Shown here: piece after piece, positions 1 to 11,459 of the stretch
How the letters are laid out: every line of letters starts with the position of its first letter
Numbering within the stretch: position 1 is the stretch's first letter
Source: Owenia fusiformis
Taxonomy: Eukaryota
Length of the DNA: 64,000 bases
Direction: 5' to 3'
Assembly (NCBI GenBank): GCA_903813345.2
Contig: CAIIXF020000001.1
Coordinates: forward strand, 27,652,001-27,716,000
Made by a program: the position numbers and the translations under genes
The notes under the pieces: generated by a model
The model's input: the letters and a program-made list of their open reading frames with translations, nothing else
The model's database searches: none
What the model was told of the DNA's origin: nothing

Positions 1-101
1 TTTGATTTTAATGTTGATGATTATTAGAAAAGTTGGGTGAAATTAACAGGAAATATGTATTTGGTCTTTACCTGTATGTTCAAGATTACAATGTCAAATG
101 C

Positions 102-250
102 AAATAAGGCATTAACATGCAAAATGTCACCACCTGCCACCACAGATCAACAACTGTCAATCACTGAACACCAAAAACCAACTGAAGAATGCCATAACAA
201 AAAATGGAGACTAAACAATATGTCATTGCTTTCTGGTAGGGACATAATAA
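102..250 (+). mobile_element. Short HINE-like family A copy
   Basis: AAGGCATTAACATGCAAAATGTCACCACC ... AACAATATGTCA..GACATAA. Confidence 0.7.
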
Positions 251-268
251 AAAATGATCAAAACATAC

Positions 269-2887
269 CACTCTGAGAGCACGGTGACAATGTCATTGAC
301 CTGCTCTGCTCTGACATCCCTTCCAATAGCATAATCCACTTCTAGGCGCTGGTTTTTCTGATCTAATTTTCCTCTGACAATATCTGAATACACCACTTCT
401 ATTATTAAGTCTTCAAGTTCTCTGACATTTGACATCTCCAATTCTTGCTGTAGAATTGCATACGGTATACACTGCAAAGTAAGTTAAAGTCTCAGTTACA
501 TTTGCTCTGGTGGATGTAGCTTCACAAATTCAATACAAAAAATCATAGTAGTGCTTATTCCTATATTTTATGCTCCATATTTCTCTCAATTTGGGCAAGC
601 TGCAGCCACCGTACAGTTACCATAGATCATTAGATGACTGGAGATTTTCCTTCCAGGGATATCATTCATTTCGCATTTTATCAGAAATTTTAATAAAACC
701 TCTTCACATTAATCATAATACATAAAACGAATATATAAAAATGGCATACAGAGAGGCTAATTTCAGTCAAAAATATAAAAGTCTCCACAAAAAATTTGAA
801 GTTCTCAGGTTCCTAAAATAATGTATAAATCCTCTGATTGACTCTCACAATAAGGCTAAGCCATCCAGGACAAATATTTTTCATACTGTTGAATGTTGCT
901 ACATGGAACATGTATGTTTTATTTTTTACATATAACATATAAATTATCATTATTATTTATGTATAACATCAAATTATCAAGTAGCCATAGTATATCTTAT
1001 ATTTTGTTGAAATGCTTACCTTCTTTTGTGTGGCCAATGACACTATTGTCAATTGTCTTAATTTCTTTAGCATTTTCGGAGTGAGATCAGGAAGGTTGGC
1101 TTTGTTACCTAAAATATCATACACACACAGACATGTCACCTCTAAAGCAAAGCTATATACTGTACATATACCTTATAATAAATTATATGTCAGCTTTTGC
1201 CAAGGGGGTTCAGTTTTTAAAGAATTCTAGGGGGTTAAAATTAGAAAAATTGGGCTCAAAACCATTTGTAAAGTGCTCAAAATGGTGAAAACTGCATGAT
1301 TTTGAAAGAATATTTGGTCGAATCCCCCTGGCTACGGGCATGTATGTACATCTTTGACCCCAATATTAACGATATATTGTATCAATCGAACAGACAAGAT
1401 AAATGAGTATGACAGACAGCTAATATGATAAATTGCATATTGCTGGATATGTTACCAAGGTAATGAAAATATACCATATTCTCTCTAATGAGCGCACAGT
1501 GCAATTTCCAAATTGAAATTTAGAAAGGTAAGATATTGAGATTCCAATTAGCACACATACAAAAGTTAGAAAAAAGTTAGCCTTCAACTTCATATTTTTG
1601 AGACCATATTCAATCTAAAAGTTGCATATACATTCAATGGAACTGTGTGCTCATTAGAGAAATTACGGTAAATTGCCTTTGTTTTTGGCTAGATTTTTTT
1701 TTAAAAGTTCTGTATTTCTCAAAAGAAAGTTTGTACTCACATCAATAGTCATTGTACAAGTTTTTATAGTTAATACATATATATTTATATAGTTAGTGAA
1801 CTTTTATAGTAATAATATTCACTTTTATAGAAGTTGTACTTATTTTAGTCATTATATTTCCTTTAGTCATTGCACTTAAATCTTTATTCATTAAACTCAA
1901 TTTTTAAAGTCATTGTACTTACTTTTATAGTCATTGTACACTCCATAGGCAAATATGTTAAGGAGGTTCACAATGTTTTGGTTGGGGCCTTCAGACAACT
2001 GAAAGTAAAAGTATTTCTATTAACATCAATTCTGCATGCATTCTACACCTTATATTTTCACATCTGCAAAGTATCTACACCTTATATTTTCACATCTGCA
2101 AAGTATCATATTGTCATTGTAAAACTATTATTACAATAAATGATATCAAAACAAATCAATTTTCAATTGAAAATGTTTGAGCAACTTTGTAAGAAACATG
2201 TGATATTTTGTGAAAAGTGATCAGAATAGACAGGTTAATTTTTCAAATATGACTCTTCACTGTTCAAATTGAGAGGTGTTCACATTTCAACATTTTTTAA
2301 CAAAGGAGTCATGGGAGAAAATGGGACTGAAAAGAGTACATGTACTCAGATTGGGAGGTGTTCAGATTGACTGGGGTTGAGTTTTAGTGGGGTTGAGTTT
2401 TAGTGGGGGTTGAGTTTTAGTGGGGTTGAGTTTTACTGGGGGTTGAGTTTTAGTGGGGTTGAGTTTTAGTGGGGGTTGAGTTTTAGTGGGGGTTGAGTTT
2501 TAGTGGGGTTGAGTTTTACTGGGTTGAGATGACCTGTCACCATGTTTTTTGTCTGAAACTTGAAATGATGTCACATAGAACTGTAATATTCTATTACAAT
2601 TTGCCTCACCTATTTGTGGATCCTGACTATGACCCTGATTGGTTAAATATATCACAGAAATGAACGATGACAATGTATTCTTGATTTATAAATTTTAGTA
2701 TAACTGCAAATATTTTCCACTTTCCTACCTGTTGTATATTTGGCATATCAAGCAATTCCCCAAAGACGTAAACTCCAGGGGTCTCCAAGACTTGTTTCAC
2801 AAGGTCAACTGCTGCTGCACCTTTTGCTGACTTTGCCAGTAGAACAAACTGCTCTAATAGATTGCTAGGGGTCTGTTTCTCGCTCAT
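269..2887 (-). CDS. COPS7: COP9 signalosome subunit 7 (PCI domain), 5' part; the gene continues off the left edge
   Basis: Coding exons 2729-2887, 1923-1998, 1020-1108 and 269-471, all GT-AG and phase-compatible. They translate [53 protein letters not shown] / [25 protein letters not shown] / [29 protein letters not shown] / [52 protein letters not shown], which is the recognisable CSN7 sequence. An AG acceptor at 2893-2894 implies an upstream non-coding exon. Confidence 0.96.
1474..1668. mobile_element. Tc1/pogo-type MITE
   Basis: TA TSD; TIRs CCATATTCTCTCTAATGAGCGCACAGT / ACTGTGTGCTCATTAGAGAAATTACGG. Confidence 0.7.
2371..2528. repeat. 16-17-bp minisatellite (GGGGTTGAGTTTTAGT)n, about 9 copies
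   Basis: Read directly from the sequence. Confidence 0.95.
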
Positions 2888-3325
2888 TTTTGCTATGAAA
2901 AACAAATTTTTAACTGATGATCTAAAAACAAATGTTTTAGTATGAGGACAAAAAGTGAAAGTGCCATTTGAAGTACCATTTGAAGGAAAGTAACAACAAG
3001 TGGCCATTATGCTGCCTTAAAGTGTTACAACTATGTACATGTGGAACAAAAAGGTATTTCACAAAAATTACTGATACATGACTTTGTTGCTTTTATTTTA
3101 GCAGTCGGGTAAATTGAGTGTCTTACTCTGACATATTATTTCCCAGTACATGTTTTGGATGTACAATTGGCATGGTAGAAAATAAATAACTTGAAATTTC
3201 ATATTTCCTTATTAATATGGAAAACTATTTTACCACTGAACGTCAATGTTCTGAAGGCTATAGCAACTCTTGAACCCTTTGTTAGATTTTAATTATTCTA
3301 TGTCGCTTTCATCAGTGTTACTATA

Positions 3326-4306
3326 CAGAGTGTCTCAAAAAAAATGTTACACTTAGAAAAAGTTCAATAGCTATCATAATTTTGACTTTCCCCCTAAAAT
3401 ATACTTTGGATACCAAAAGACAAATCTTTCCCGAATAATTTGACACCATCGGATTCAAAATCTGTCCTTGATTGGCTTGATAGGACAGCTTTTAGTGTCC
3501 CATAGTAAAATCTGACTTGCGCCAACTACTAAGTGATTGGATGGACCAAATGACAAAAGAGGAACAGTTTCTTTAACAGGTAACTTTCTTCTGAGCAGAA
3601 GCTTGACCTTTAACTGAGTCATTCTGTAATTTTCCTATTTGTCTTACATATGGTCATTGGGTCTATCCACATAAACATGTGGTCCCCCCAACATGTTGAA
3701 TGTGACAGCAAATCTGAGGATCTGAGGTACCCTTGCCCATGCGAGCATGCATTGTAATATCATACTGATTCCATCAATTAATTTTGTAGAAGTTCATTTA
3801 GGTTAGTTTGTGATGCTGTAAAGCGCTTTCAGAGGCCCTTCAAAAAATCAAGGGTGTAAAGTAGGCCTGAGGGCGGGTAATTCAATGCTATCTTCTGATT
3901 TCCAAAGAGTTCTACCAAAACGATCTGCCACAGGCCTTTGCACCATCCTGTTGCCATCATACGTAACGAAATTGAACCTTTGACAATGACATGTTGTATT
4001 TCTATCCAGGAAAAAAACTAACTGAATCATTGATCATATCAAGATATCACTGTCCACAGCATTCACACCAAAAAAGAATTGACCACCACCTGTCCAACCA
4101 CTGAGAAATTGGCGCAAATCAAATTTCACATGCGTCTATAAAATCAGTCCTGTGCAGCCAATCATGGACGGATTTTGAATCAGATGGTGTGGATTTATTG
4201 AAGAAAGGCTGCTCTTTTAGTATCCAAGTATATTTTAGGGGAAAAGTCAAAATCATGAAAGATATTGAACTTTTTGTAAGTGTAACATTTTTTTTGAGAC
4301 ACACTG
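3326..4306 (-). mobile_element. Internally deleted Tc1/mariner (maT/DD37D-like) element with a decayed transposase C-terminus
   Basis: TA TSD (3324-3325, 4307-4308); about 210-bp TIRs CAGAGTGTCTCAAAAAAAATGTTACACTT / AAGTGTAACATTTTTTTGAGACACACTG. The minus-strand remnant VFFLDRNTTCH...IELPALRPTL / TLDFLKG resembles FQQDGATCH...WPARSPDLTPLDFFLWG. Confidence 0.85.
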
Positions 4307-4871
4307 TAGATCTCGCATTTGAGAGATGCTACATGCTATATTACACGTTCCTGGTAGTCCTCAGAGTCCTTTAAAGCCAATTGTGTCAATGTGGTGTAGT
4401 CTTCAAAAAGTTTAAGAGTGTCATGGAATTTGTGAATGCCCCCAGTAAGAAAATTTGAAGCAAATGTGTGCCATATACGCAAACTGCATTCATTTTTTTG
4501 TTCTCCTGAAGTATTTTTGCTTGACAATAATCAGAAAAATAAGTGTTTATGTGACAGAATATTTTGTCATGCAAAAAACGGCTGTGACTTCAATTTCTCC
4601 ATCAAATGCGTGACAAGTATGCAAATTGCCGGACAGTTGGACGGCCTGTAAATGTGTCTTTCCATATCATTGCACTTTGGTCCTTTATTCCTTTATTGCT
4701 AGTTTTTTATTTGACTGACTCATAAAAAGTGATTCGGACTGTAAACCATGAGGCTGAGTCTGAAAGAGTGATGGTGGACTTGAAAATAATAGCAAATATT
4801 GGCAATAATAAAATTGTCTACTAACATCAGCGTTCTCTATCAATAACAGTTAAAATCAAATGAGTACTTAC

Positions 4872-5025
4872 ATCTATATCTCAATATGTACAATATTGGG
4901 GTAATTGAAGGCCCTCTTTGAAATAAATCGACAAAACAATGACTTTTTTTGAGAAAAAATTCTAAGCGGAAGTTGAGTTTTCTAGCTTTGCTGGATGACG
5001 TAGTTTCGTATCTGGACAGAGAAAG
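4872..5025. promoter_or_regulatory. Putative bidirectional promoter with divergent non-coding first exons of COPS7 (-) and bestrophin (+)
   Basis: Minus-strand GTAAGT donor at 4866-4871 and plus-strand AAG|GTAAAT donor at 5026, with an ETS motif CGGAAGT (4967-4973) and a CRE-like TGACGT (4996-5001) between them. Both genes have acceptors upstream of their ATGs (2893 and 12214). Confidence 0.4.
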
Positions 5026-5382
5026 GTAAATATTTTGAAATATAATTAGCAAGTTCCTTCTATAATATGATATAGTAGATATATTTCATGTGTTTAGATT
5101 GATTTAATTTGAAAAACACATATTTTACATAAGCTGGATGTACATGCATTGATAAAAATCAACAGTGAAATCACTGAAATGAGAGATTCGAGACCCTATC
5201 TGTTGCAAGACTAACACCTGGCGTCCGTCACCATGTTATTCGGTGTTTTTTAAGTAGCGCAAGGATCCTGCCATGACCGTAGTAATGTTATCGTGAAAGC
5301 CTGGTATAACCGCGACAATGCTGTATTATATTAAAATGCCTGCCATGACCGTGGTAGTGTAATCGTGTAAGCCTGGCGCGAC

Positions 5383-5995
5383 TTACTTCCTGTGAAAGCT
5401 ATTTGGATTTTAGCTATTTGGATTTTGATATAATAGCTTTCCCACGGAGCACTTGGACAGCTCAATGATCGTGACCTTTGAAATCGAATTAAGTCGATCC
5501 GCGGCTTACTTTTGGTCTCTAACTGTGTCTTACATCAGTATCATCAATCCGTGTAAGTATTGGAGCGCTGGAGTACTTCTTTTTCGATCAAGACTTGTAA
5601 TTCGTTAGTCGAGTGAATCCTTTTACTGCCAAATTCCAATATGGCGGTTTCTGCTCGGACATTTTCGTAAATCTCCGGAGGTTGTCCGAACCTAACTAAT
5701 TCTCAAAATTCATTTCGTTCGTTGCGTATCTCGCACCTAGCAAACCGCCATATTGGAAATAGGTCTGTAAAACTTTAACTCGATGAACAATTTACAAGTC
5801 TTGATCGAAAAAGAAGTACTCCAGCGCTCCAATACTTACATGGATTGATGATACTGATGTAAGACACAGTTAGAGACCAAAAGTAAGCCGCGGATCGACT
5901 TAATTCAATTTCAAAGGTCACTATTGATCAGCTGTTCACTTCTCCGTTTGAGAGCCATAAGTTTCAAAATCTAACATGGCTCTCGAAGTGAGTAA
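5383..5995. mobile_element. Palindromic MITE (TTACT...AGTAA ends), uninterrupted copy
   Basis: 8-bp TSD GGCGCGAC (5375-5382, 5996-6003); arms of about 280 bp; near-identical to the copy at 7661-10100. Confidence 0.85.
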
Positions 5996-6284
5996 GGCGC
6001 GACCGCATCCTTTATATGACATTAATGACCTTCATGTTTTGCCCATTGCTGTTGGTATTTTTTATGGATAAATCTTATTAATTGATCATTATAGAAAGTA
6101 TATGCTTTCGAATCGAAGCTCCTTGAATGAGAGTAGAGATATAGTTTGTTTGCAAATTATTTATGAGTAAAAATTAGGTTTTCGTTGTGAAATTAATACT
6201 CATTTTTAGTAGTCTTTATTTACATATTTAAGGTAGTTAAACACGAAGAAAAATTGTCATTACAGTGTTCTCATGCTACTTTAA

Positions 6285-6570
6285 ATACAACCACAGTCAT
6301 GAGAGGCCTTGGAACTATTGTCACGGTCATACGAGGCTTTAACATTACCACGGTCATGACAGGCCTTGCAATATAATATAGCATTGTCACGGTTATGACA
6401 GGCCTTGCAAGCATTGTAACGGTCATATCAGGCTTTAACATTACCACGGTCATGACAGGCCTTATAAGCATTGTCACGGTCATATTAGGCTTTAACATTA
6501 CCACGGTCATGACAGGCCTTGCAACCATTGTCACGGTCATATGGGGCTTTAACATTATCACGGTCATGGG
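6285..6570. repeat. Minisatellite of alternating 27/30-bp units (57-bp dimer)
   Basis: Repeating CATTACCACGGTCATGACAGGCCTTGCAAG / CATTGTCACGGTCATATCAGGCTTTAA; related units occur in the host element's TIRs. Confidence 0.85.
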
Positions 6571-7690
6571 CAGCTTGGGTCAACATTCATAAAGACAGAA
6601 ACATATAATGTCTCTGGTAAAATATACAAATATACGAATATTTAAAAGTGGATAGTAAACAAATCGCTTAACAAACAACAATAAAAAATTCTTAAATTAA
6701 ACGTAAAGGCTACGGCTGCACCAGGCTTCCACGATAACACTCATGGTCATGACAGGCCTTGCAATATAATACAGCGTTGTCACGGTTATACCAGGCTTAC
6801 AAAATAACACTGCCATGGTCATGGCAGGATCCTTGCGCTACTTAAAAAACACCGAATAACATGGTGACGGTTACACCAGGCGTTAGTCTTGCAATAGATA
6901 GCATGTGAGAGATTCGCTGTGCTGTGGTGACTGAAACTCAGACTCAGTCAGACTATAAATTTGAAAATCGAATCTGTAAGCTTAGCATGGACTAGGCCTA
7001 CAATGTAGATCTAAAATTTAAATTATATAGGTCTTTAGCTCCATTATACCCCATGGATGTGAGGTAGGGGTATATCTACCCTACAAGGACAGAAGGATCA
7101 AACACCCCACATTATTTACACATTTGACAACTTTCGCCCCAAATCACTTGATAATTGCTCAGAATGTAGTCCAACAACATTAGACCTAGCCTGAGCCTGG
7201 GGTTATTGAGTTTAACGACGTTGAACTACTCAGAATGGTAAAATATGGGGAATGTACTAAAAACCCTTCGACCTAGACCTTCAACCCTACGACTTACTGG
7301 GTGTCAAGAATTTTTGGAATATATTTTATTGAAAAACCCTTCGACCTCTGATTTCCCAGTCCAGTTTACTAAATGATTACGTATAGTTCCAACTTGAGCT
7401 CCCTGTGCACGCAAATACGCATTTTACCTGGTAATTGTCAAGCAAAAATGTTTCAGTAGAAAAATTTCTAAAAAAGTTCGTCTACACAGCAAAAATACGA
7501 ACGCCGAAAAAAAACGTACGCATTTCGTTCGGACTTTTCACGCGAATTACGTATATGTCACGCATTGCGTTCGAAATTTTTCGTCCCTACCCCCCTAGTA
7601 TGTTGATACTCATAAGCATGGCACATTGGCCAGGTGGCCATTTTGAAAAGTGGCCTCTATTTACTTTCTGCGAAAGCTATTTGGATTTTG

Positions 7691-9527
7691 CAGTACTGTC
7701 AACCCCCAAAGATTTTCTCGCGGGACAGATTTTTTAGACCCAGTGCCCAAAATTCGCGGGATTTTGCGGGACATCTACTAAATTCGCGGGATTTCGCGGG
7801 ACATTTAAGGGATTTGCGTGATTGCGCTTATAGGCCAATTTTTTTTATCAAATTCGCGTGATTTCGCGGGACCATTCGAGGGACAAACACCCTAATTGCG
7901 GGACAGTTAACAGGCTTACCAGCAAAAACTTCATAGAGGGACAGATTTTATAGAAAAAGTGCCCTAAATTTGCGGGATTTCGCGGGACATCCACCTAAAT
8001 TTGCAGTATGTCCCGGGACATTCAAGGGATTTGCGTGATTTGGACTAATGTAAAAGCGTGTAAAAGTACTTGAATCAAACTTTCAGATACTGATTAATCA
8101 AATATAATGCACCGTTACATTGTAACTTAAATAAACGTCAACATAATTTCACAAAATACGCATAGAAATATTATTAAACTTTATTGTAATTTATCAAAAA
8201 CAAAAACCATGCTTGAGGTGTGAGTATCGTAATCTAACACGAAATTCAAAAATTTGGAACAATACTTTGCACTTCTCTGCTTCTGGCGTCGTGACCAAAT
8301 ACTACCATACTGTAGGCATGGGCTTTCAATTGAAAGCCCATGATATAGGGGTTCGATTAATCTACATCAAATTATAGGGAATGATGTTACTTTTCTAGAT
8401 AGGGTTTGTAGAAAAAACCGGGTACCGGGTAGTAAATCCTCCATGCTGGGTTCAAAATGTAATGCAATGTAATGTAAATGTAATGCAATTAATAATATAA
8501 ATAAAATTTACGTAGACAAACTTGGTACCCGGTCGAAAAACCGGGTACCCAAAAAACGAAATATACGAATATACAACATAATTAGATCATTAGAAAACGT
8601 GTAAGATTTGTTTTGAATTTACAAAAATGTAACTTCCTTCAAAATTGAGCTAGAAGCTTCAAATAAAAAGCATTTTAAGCCTCTTTTCTTCCTCTATCAT
8701 CATGGTCATATTTCCATTGGTAATGAAGGGAGAGGGGGTGCGATCGCACCATCACACCCTCTCCTGGCTATGCCAATGACATTGTAAGACGATTTGAATA
8801 ACAAGACAAATCAATTTTACTCTATTTTCAATGAGTTCGTATGTTGGAACGTGAACATAACCAATGAAAATATGGTCATGACGATAGAGGAAGAAAAGAG
8901 CCTTAAAATATGCTTTTTATTTGAAGCTTCTAGCTCAATTTTGAAGGATGTTACATACATTTTTGTAAATTCAAAACAAATCTTACACGTTTTCTGATAA
9001 TCTAATTATGTTATACTCGTATATTCGTATTTTTCATTTTTTGGGTACCCGTTTTTTGACCGGGTACCAAGTTTGAACCCAGCATGGAGGATTTACTACC
9101 CGGTACCCGTTTTTTTCTACAAACCCTTTCTAGATATCAGCGTCCATTTATTGTAACTCGCGTTTGCTAACATTTGCTCAGTTCTGAGATGAAGGCCACA
9201 CGGATAGTAAAAAGGCCAACGTTGGAACTATTTGTGACCTACATCCCTATTGTCGTAATTAAAATGAAAGTTGAACCCTTCCTCTTTATTTTGATACCAA
9301 ACAACAGCATGCTAGGTACTTAAAATTAGGTAAACTTTACTCCTCAAAAGTGCAAAAACTTAGCTTCTTATATAAGATAAGATAATCACCAACAATTTCG
9401 GAAATTCGCGGAGGTCGAAAGCCACATTTGCGGGACTTCGCGGGACATTGCGGGACACGCGAATTAGCCTAATTTTGATCGAATTCGCGGGATAATCCCG
9501 CCATTCGCAGGACACTTGACAGCTCTG
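7691..9527. mobile_element. TIR element with CAG ends and many subterminal GCGGGA repeats (hAT-like architecture)
   Basis: TIR CAGTACTGTCAA / TTGACAGCTCTG; duplicated ATTTTG (7685-7690, 9528-9533); clusters of TTCGCGGGA/TTGCGGGAC at about 7715-8040 and 9400-9510. Confidence 0.75.
8401..9127. mobile_element. hAT (Charlie/Buster-like) MITE
   Basis: Long inverted arms starting AGGGTTTGTAGAAAAAA; perfect 8-bp TSD TTCTAGAT (8393-8400, 9128-9135), which fits the NTCTAGAN target preference. Confidence 0.85.
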
Positions 9528-10795
9528 ATTTTGATATAATAGCTTTCCCACGGAGCATTTGGACAGCTCAATGATTGTGACCTTTGAAATCGAATTAAGT
9601 CGATCAGCGGCTTACTTTTGGTCTCTAACTGTGTCTTACATCAGTATCATCAATCCGTGTAAGTATTGGAGCGCTGGAGTACTTCTTTTTCGATCAAGAC
9701 TTGTAATTGTTAGTCGAGTGAATCGTTTTACTGCCAAATTCCAATATGGCGGTTTCTGCTCGGACATTTTCGTAAATCTCCGGAGGTTGTCCGAACCTAA
9801 CTAATTCTCAAAATTCATTTCGTTCATTGCATATCTTGCACCTAGCAAACCGCCATATTGGAAATAGGTCTAAAAAACTTTCACTCGATGAACAATTTAC
9901 AAGTCTTGATCGAAAAAGAAGTACTCCAGCGCTCCAATACTTACACGGATTGATGATACTGATGTAAGACACAGTTAGACAACAAAAGTAGGCCGCTGAT
10001 CGACTTAATTCGATTTCAAAGGTCACAATCGATGAGCTGTCCACTTCTCCGTTTGAGAGCCATAAGTTTCAAAATCTAACATGGCTCTCGAAGTGAGTAA
10101 GCCTCTACAGTATTTTAAAGTCTTATTTTACTTTTTTACTAAAACTTGAAAAGTAGTTGAACGATTTTGAGATCAAAAGTTCGATGGGATTTGCTCTACC
10201 TCGTGTTGCTGTTATCTAGTTCTGAAATGTTTCATATCTATGTCTAATAAATATAGTTGTATAGATGTGTTTGTAATAACCTTTATGCCCTTAAACTGTA
10301 TATATTCAGGGGGGACATTCGTGGGTTCAAGTGGACCACTCCATTGGCCAAATATTCTCTCAAAATCAGTACAATTTTTCACGATTCTGAGCATTTTCAA
10401 GATTTCTGGGCCACTTGAAAATTGACAAATGTTCACCCCTTGATCCTTTTGAAAAACTTAAATTGGCAAAAGCTGGTTATACGAACCTGATATGACCTAG
10501 CTTGCAAGCTTTTTCTTGAGTTTGTGTTTATTTTCCTTGTACCCTTGCATGCTTTGGATTTTGTAGGATGCAAAACAAAGAATCTACTTATTTAGTTGGC
10601 ATTAGATTCTTAACTATACAAATCCAAATTGAATCAAAGTTGATAAAATCAAAAGACGGTTCTCTTTAAACTATATAAAAAATTTGACCTCCTGAAAATA
10701 TGCACGATGCGCCACTGTTACAATGTGATGGGAAAAGCACAAATATTTTTACTGAGGAGGTAAGAAACGTTCACATTTGAATGTGCTTGAATACA

Positions 10796-11031
10796 TTAAA
10801 CCTGCACATCGCTCCAAAACGCAATATGTTGACATATAATATTGTTTTTACATTTTCAAGCTCTAATATAAAGTTTATGTAAATAAAAAAAAATTATCTG
10901 CGTAATGCCAAAGAACAATCACTTAGTTAAAAAAAATAAAAAGGCGATTGCGGGATTCGAACCCGGGCCTCCCGCGTGCTAAGCGAGCATTCTACCGCTA
11001 CTCCACCGTGATATTATGAATGGTGGGAGTA
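10796..11031 (-). mobile_element. Repeat containing a tRNA-Gly-derived segment (copy 1)
   Basis: Minus strand GGTGGAGTAGCGGTAGAATGCTCGCTTAGCACGCGGGAGGCCCGGGTTCGAATCCCG with no pairing acceptor stem; about 235 bp shared with 52909-53141. Confidence 0.75.
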
Positions 11032-11459
11032 ATTAAACGCTACTTATTTTGAATGCTATGATTCGGAAGTGACGTCACGTTCTTCATTTAGAAACCTTTC
11101 CAAAATCATATCGCCGGCTCCGATCGAAGTCCAGCTTTAAATATCTTTAACTCTCTTGGGACAGATTCTTAAGTTCTATACACAAAGTAACATTTCCAGC
11201 AACTTGATATGGACTGAGAAATATCTAGAAGGTCGAAGGGTTTTTATAAAAATATATTTCAAAAATTCTTGACACGCTGTAAGTCGTAGGTTGCAGGGTT
11301 GAAGGGTCGAAGGGTTTTTAGTACATTCCAAAATATGGCATGGTTTTGAAATAATTTTTGGCCAAGGGAGGGGGGATTTGCTCGAACTGACTTGAGACTA
11401 ACATAAACGCTTATGTAAGTCTCAGCTTTTACTAGAAATGCTTTGAAGTATATTATGGT

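Larger units (their letters stand above)
5191..6905. mobile_element. Mutator-like non-autonomous element with about 180-bp TIRs and an internal minisatellite
   Basis: Inverted arms at about 5196-5380 and 6718-6901; flanking direct repeat TGAGAGATTCG (5180-5190, 6906-6916). Confidence 0.7.
7661..10100. mobile_element. Second copy of the palindromic MITE, interrupted by a 1.8-kb insertion
   Basis: TSD GCCTCTAT/GCCTCTAC (7653-7660, 10101-10108); segments 7661-7690 plus 9534-10100 match 5383-5995. Confidence 0.85.
7249..11329. mobile_element. Mutator-like (MULE) non-autonomous element hosting nested insertions
   Basis: About 115-bp TIRs (7249-7363, 11210-11329), GGAATGTACTAAAAACCCTTCGACC / GGTCGAAGGGTTTTTAGTACATTCC; perfect 9-bp TSD AAAATATGG (7240-7248, 11330-11338). 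Confidence 0.88.

Noticed and set aside
6271-6592. Repetitive ORFs (MTVVMLKP...) on both strands
   Set aside because: Translations of a minisatellite inside a transposon.
7420-7580. Minus-strand donor plus CpG-rich tract as the COPS7 first exon and promoter
   Set aside because: Lies inside the MULE-like element; the site near 4870 has a better donor and promoter motifs.
9559-10044. Two convergent ORFs (9559-9804 + and 9808-10044 -) encoding nearly identical peptides
   Set aside because: Mirror artefact of the palindromic MITE arms; non-ATG starts and no protein motif.
10943-11012. Functional tRNA-Ala(AGC) or tRNA-Gly gene
   Set aside because: The acceptor stem does not pair, the D stem is degenerate, and it lies within a dispersed repeat.
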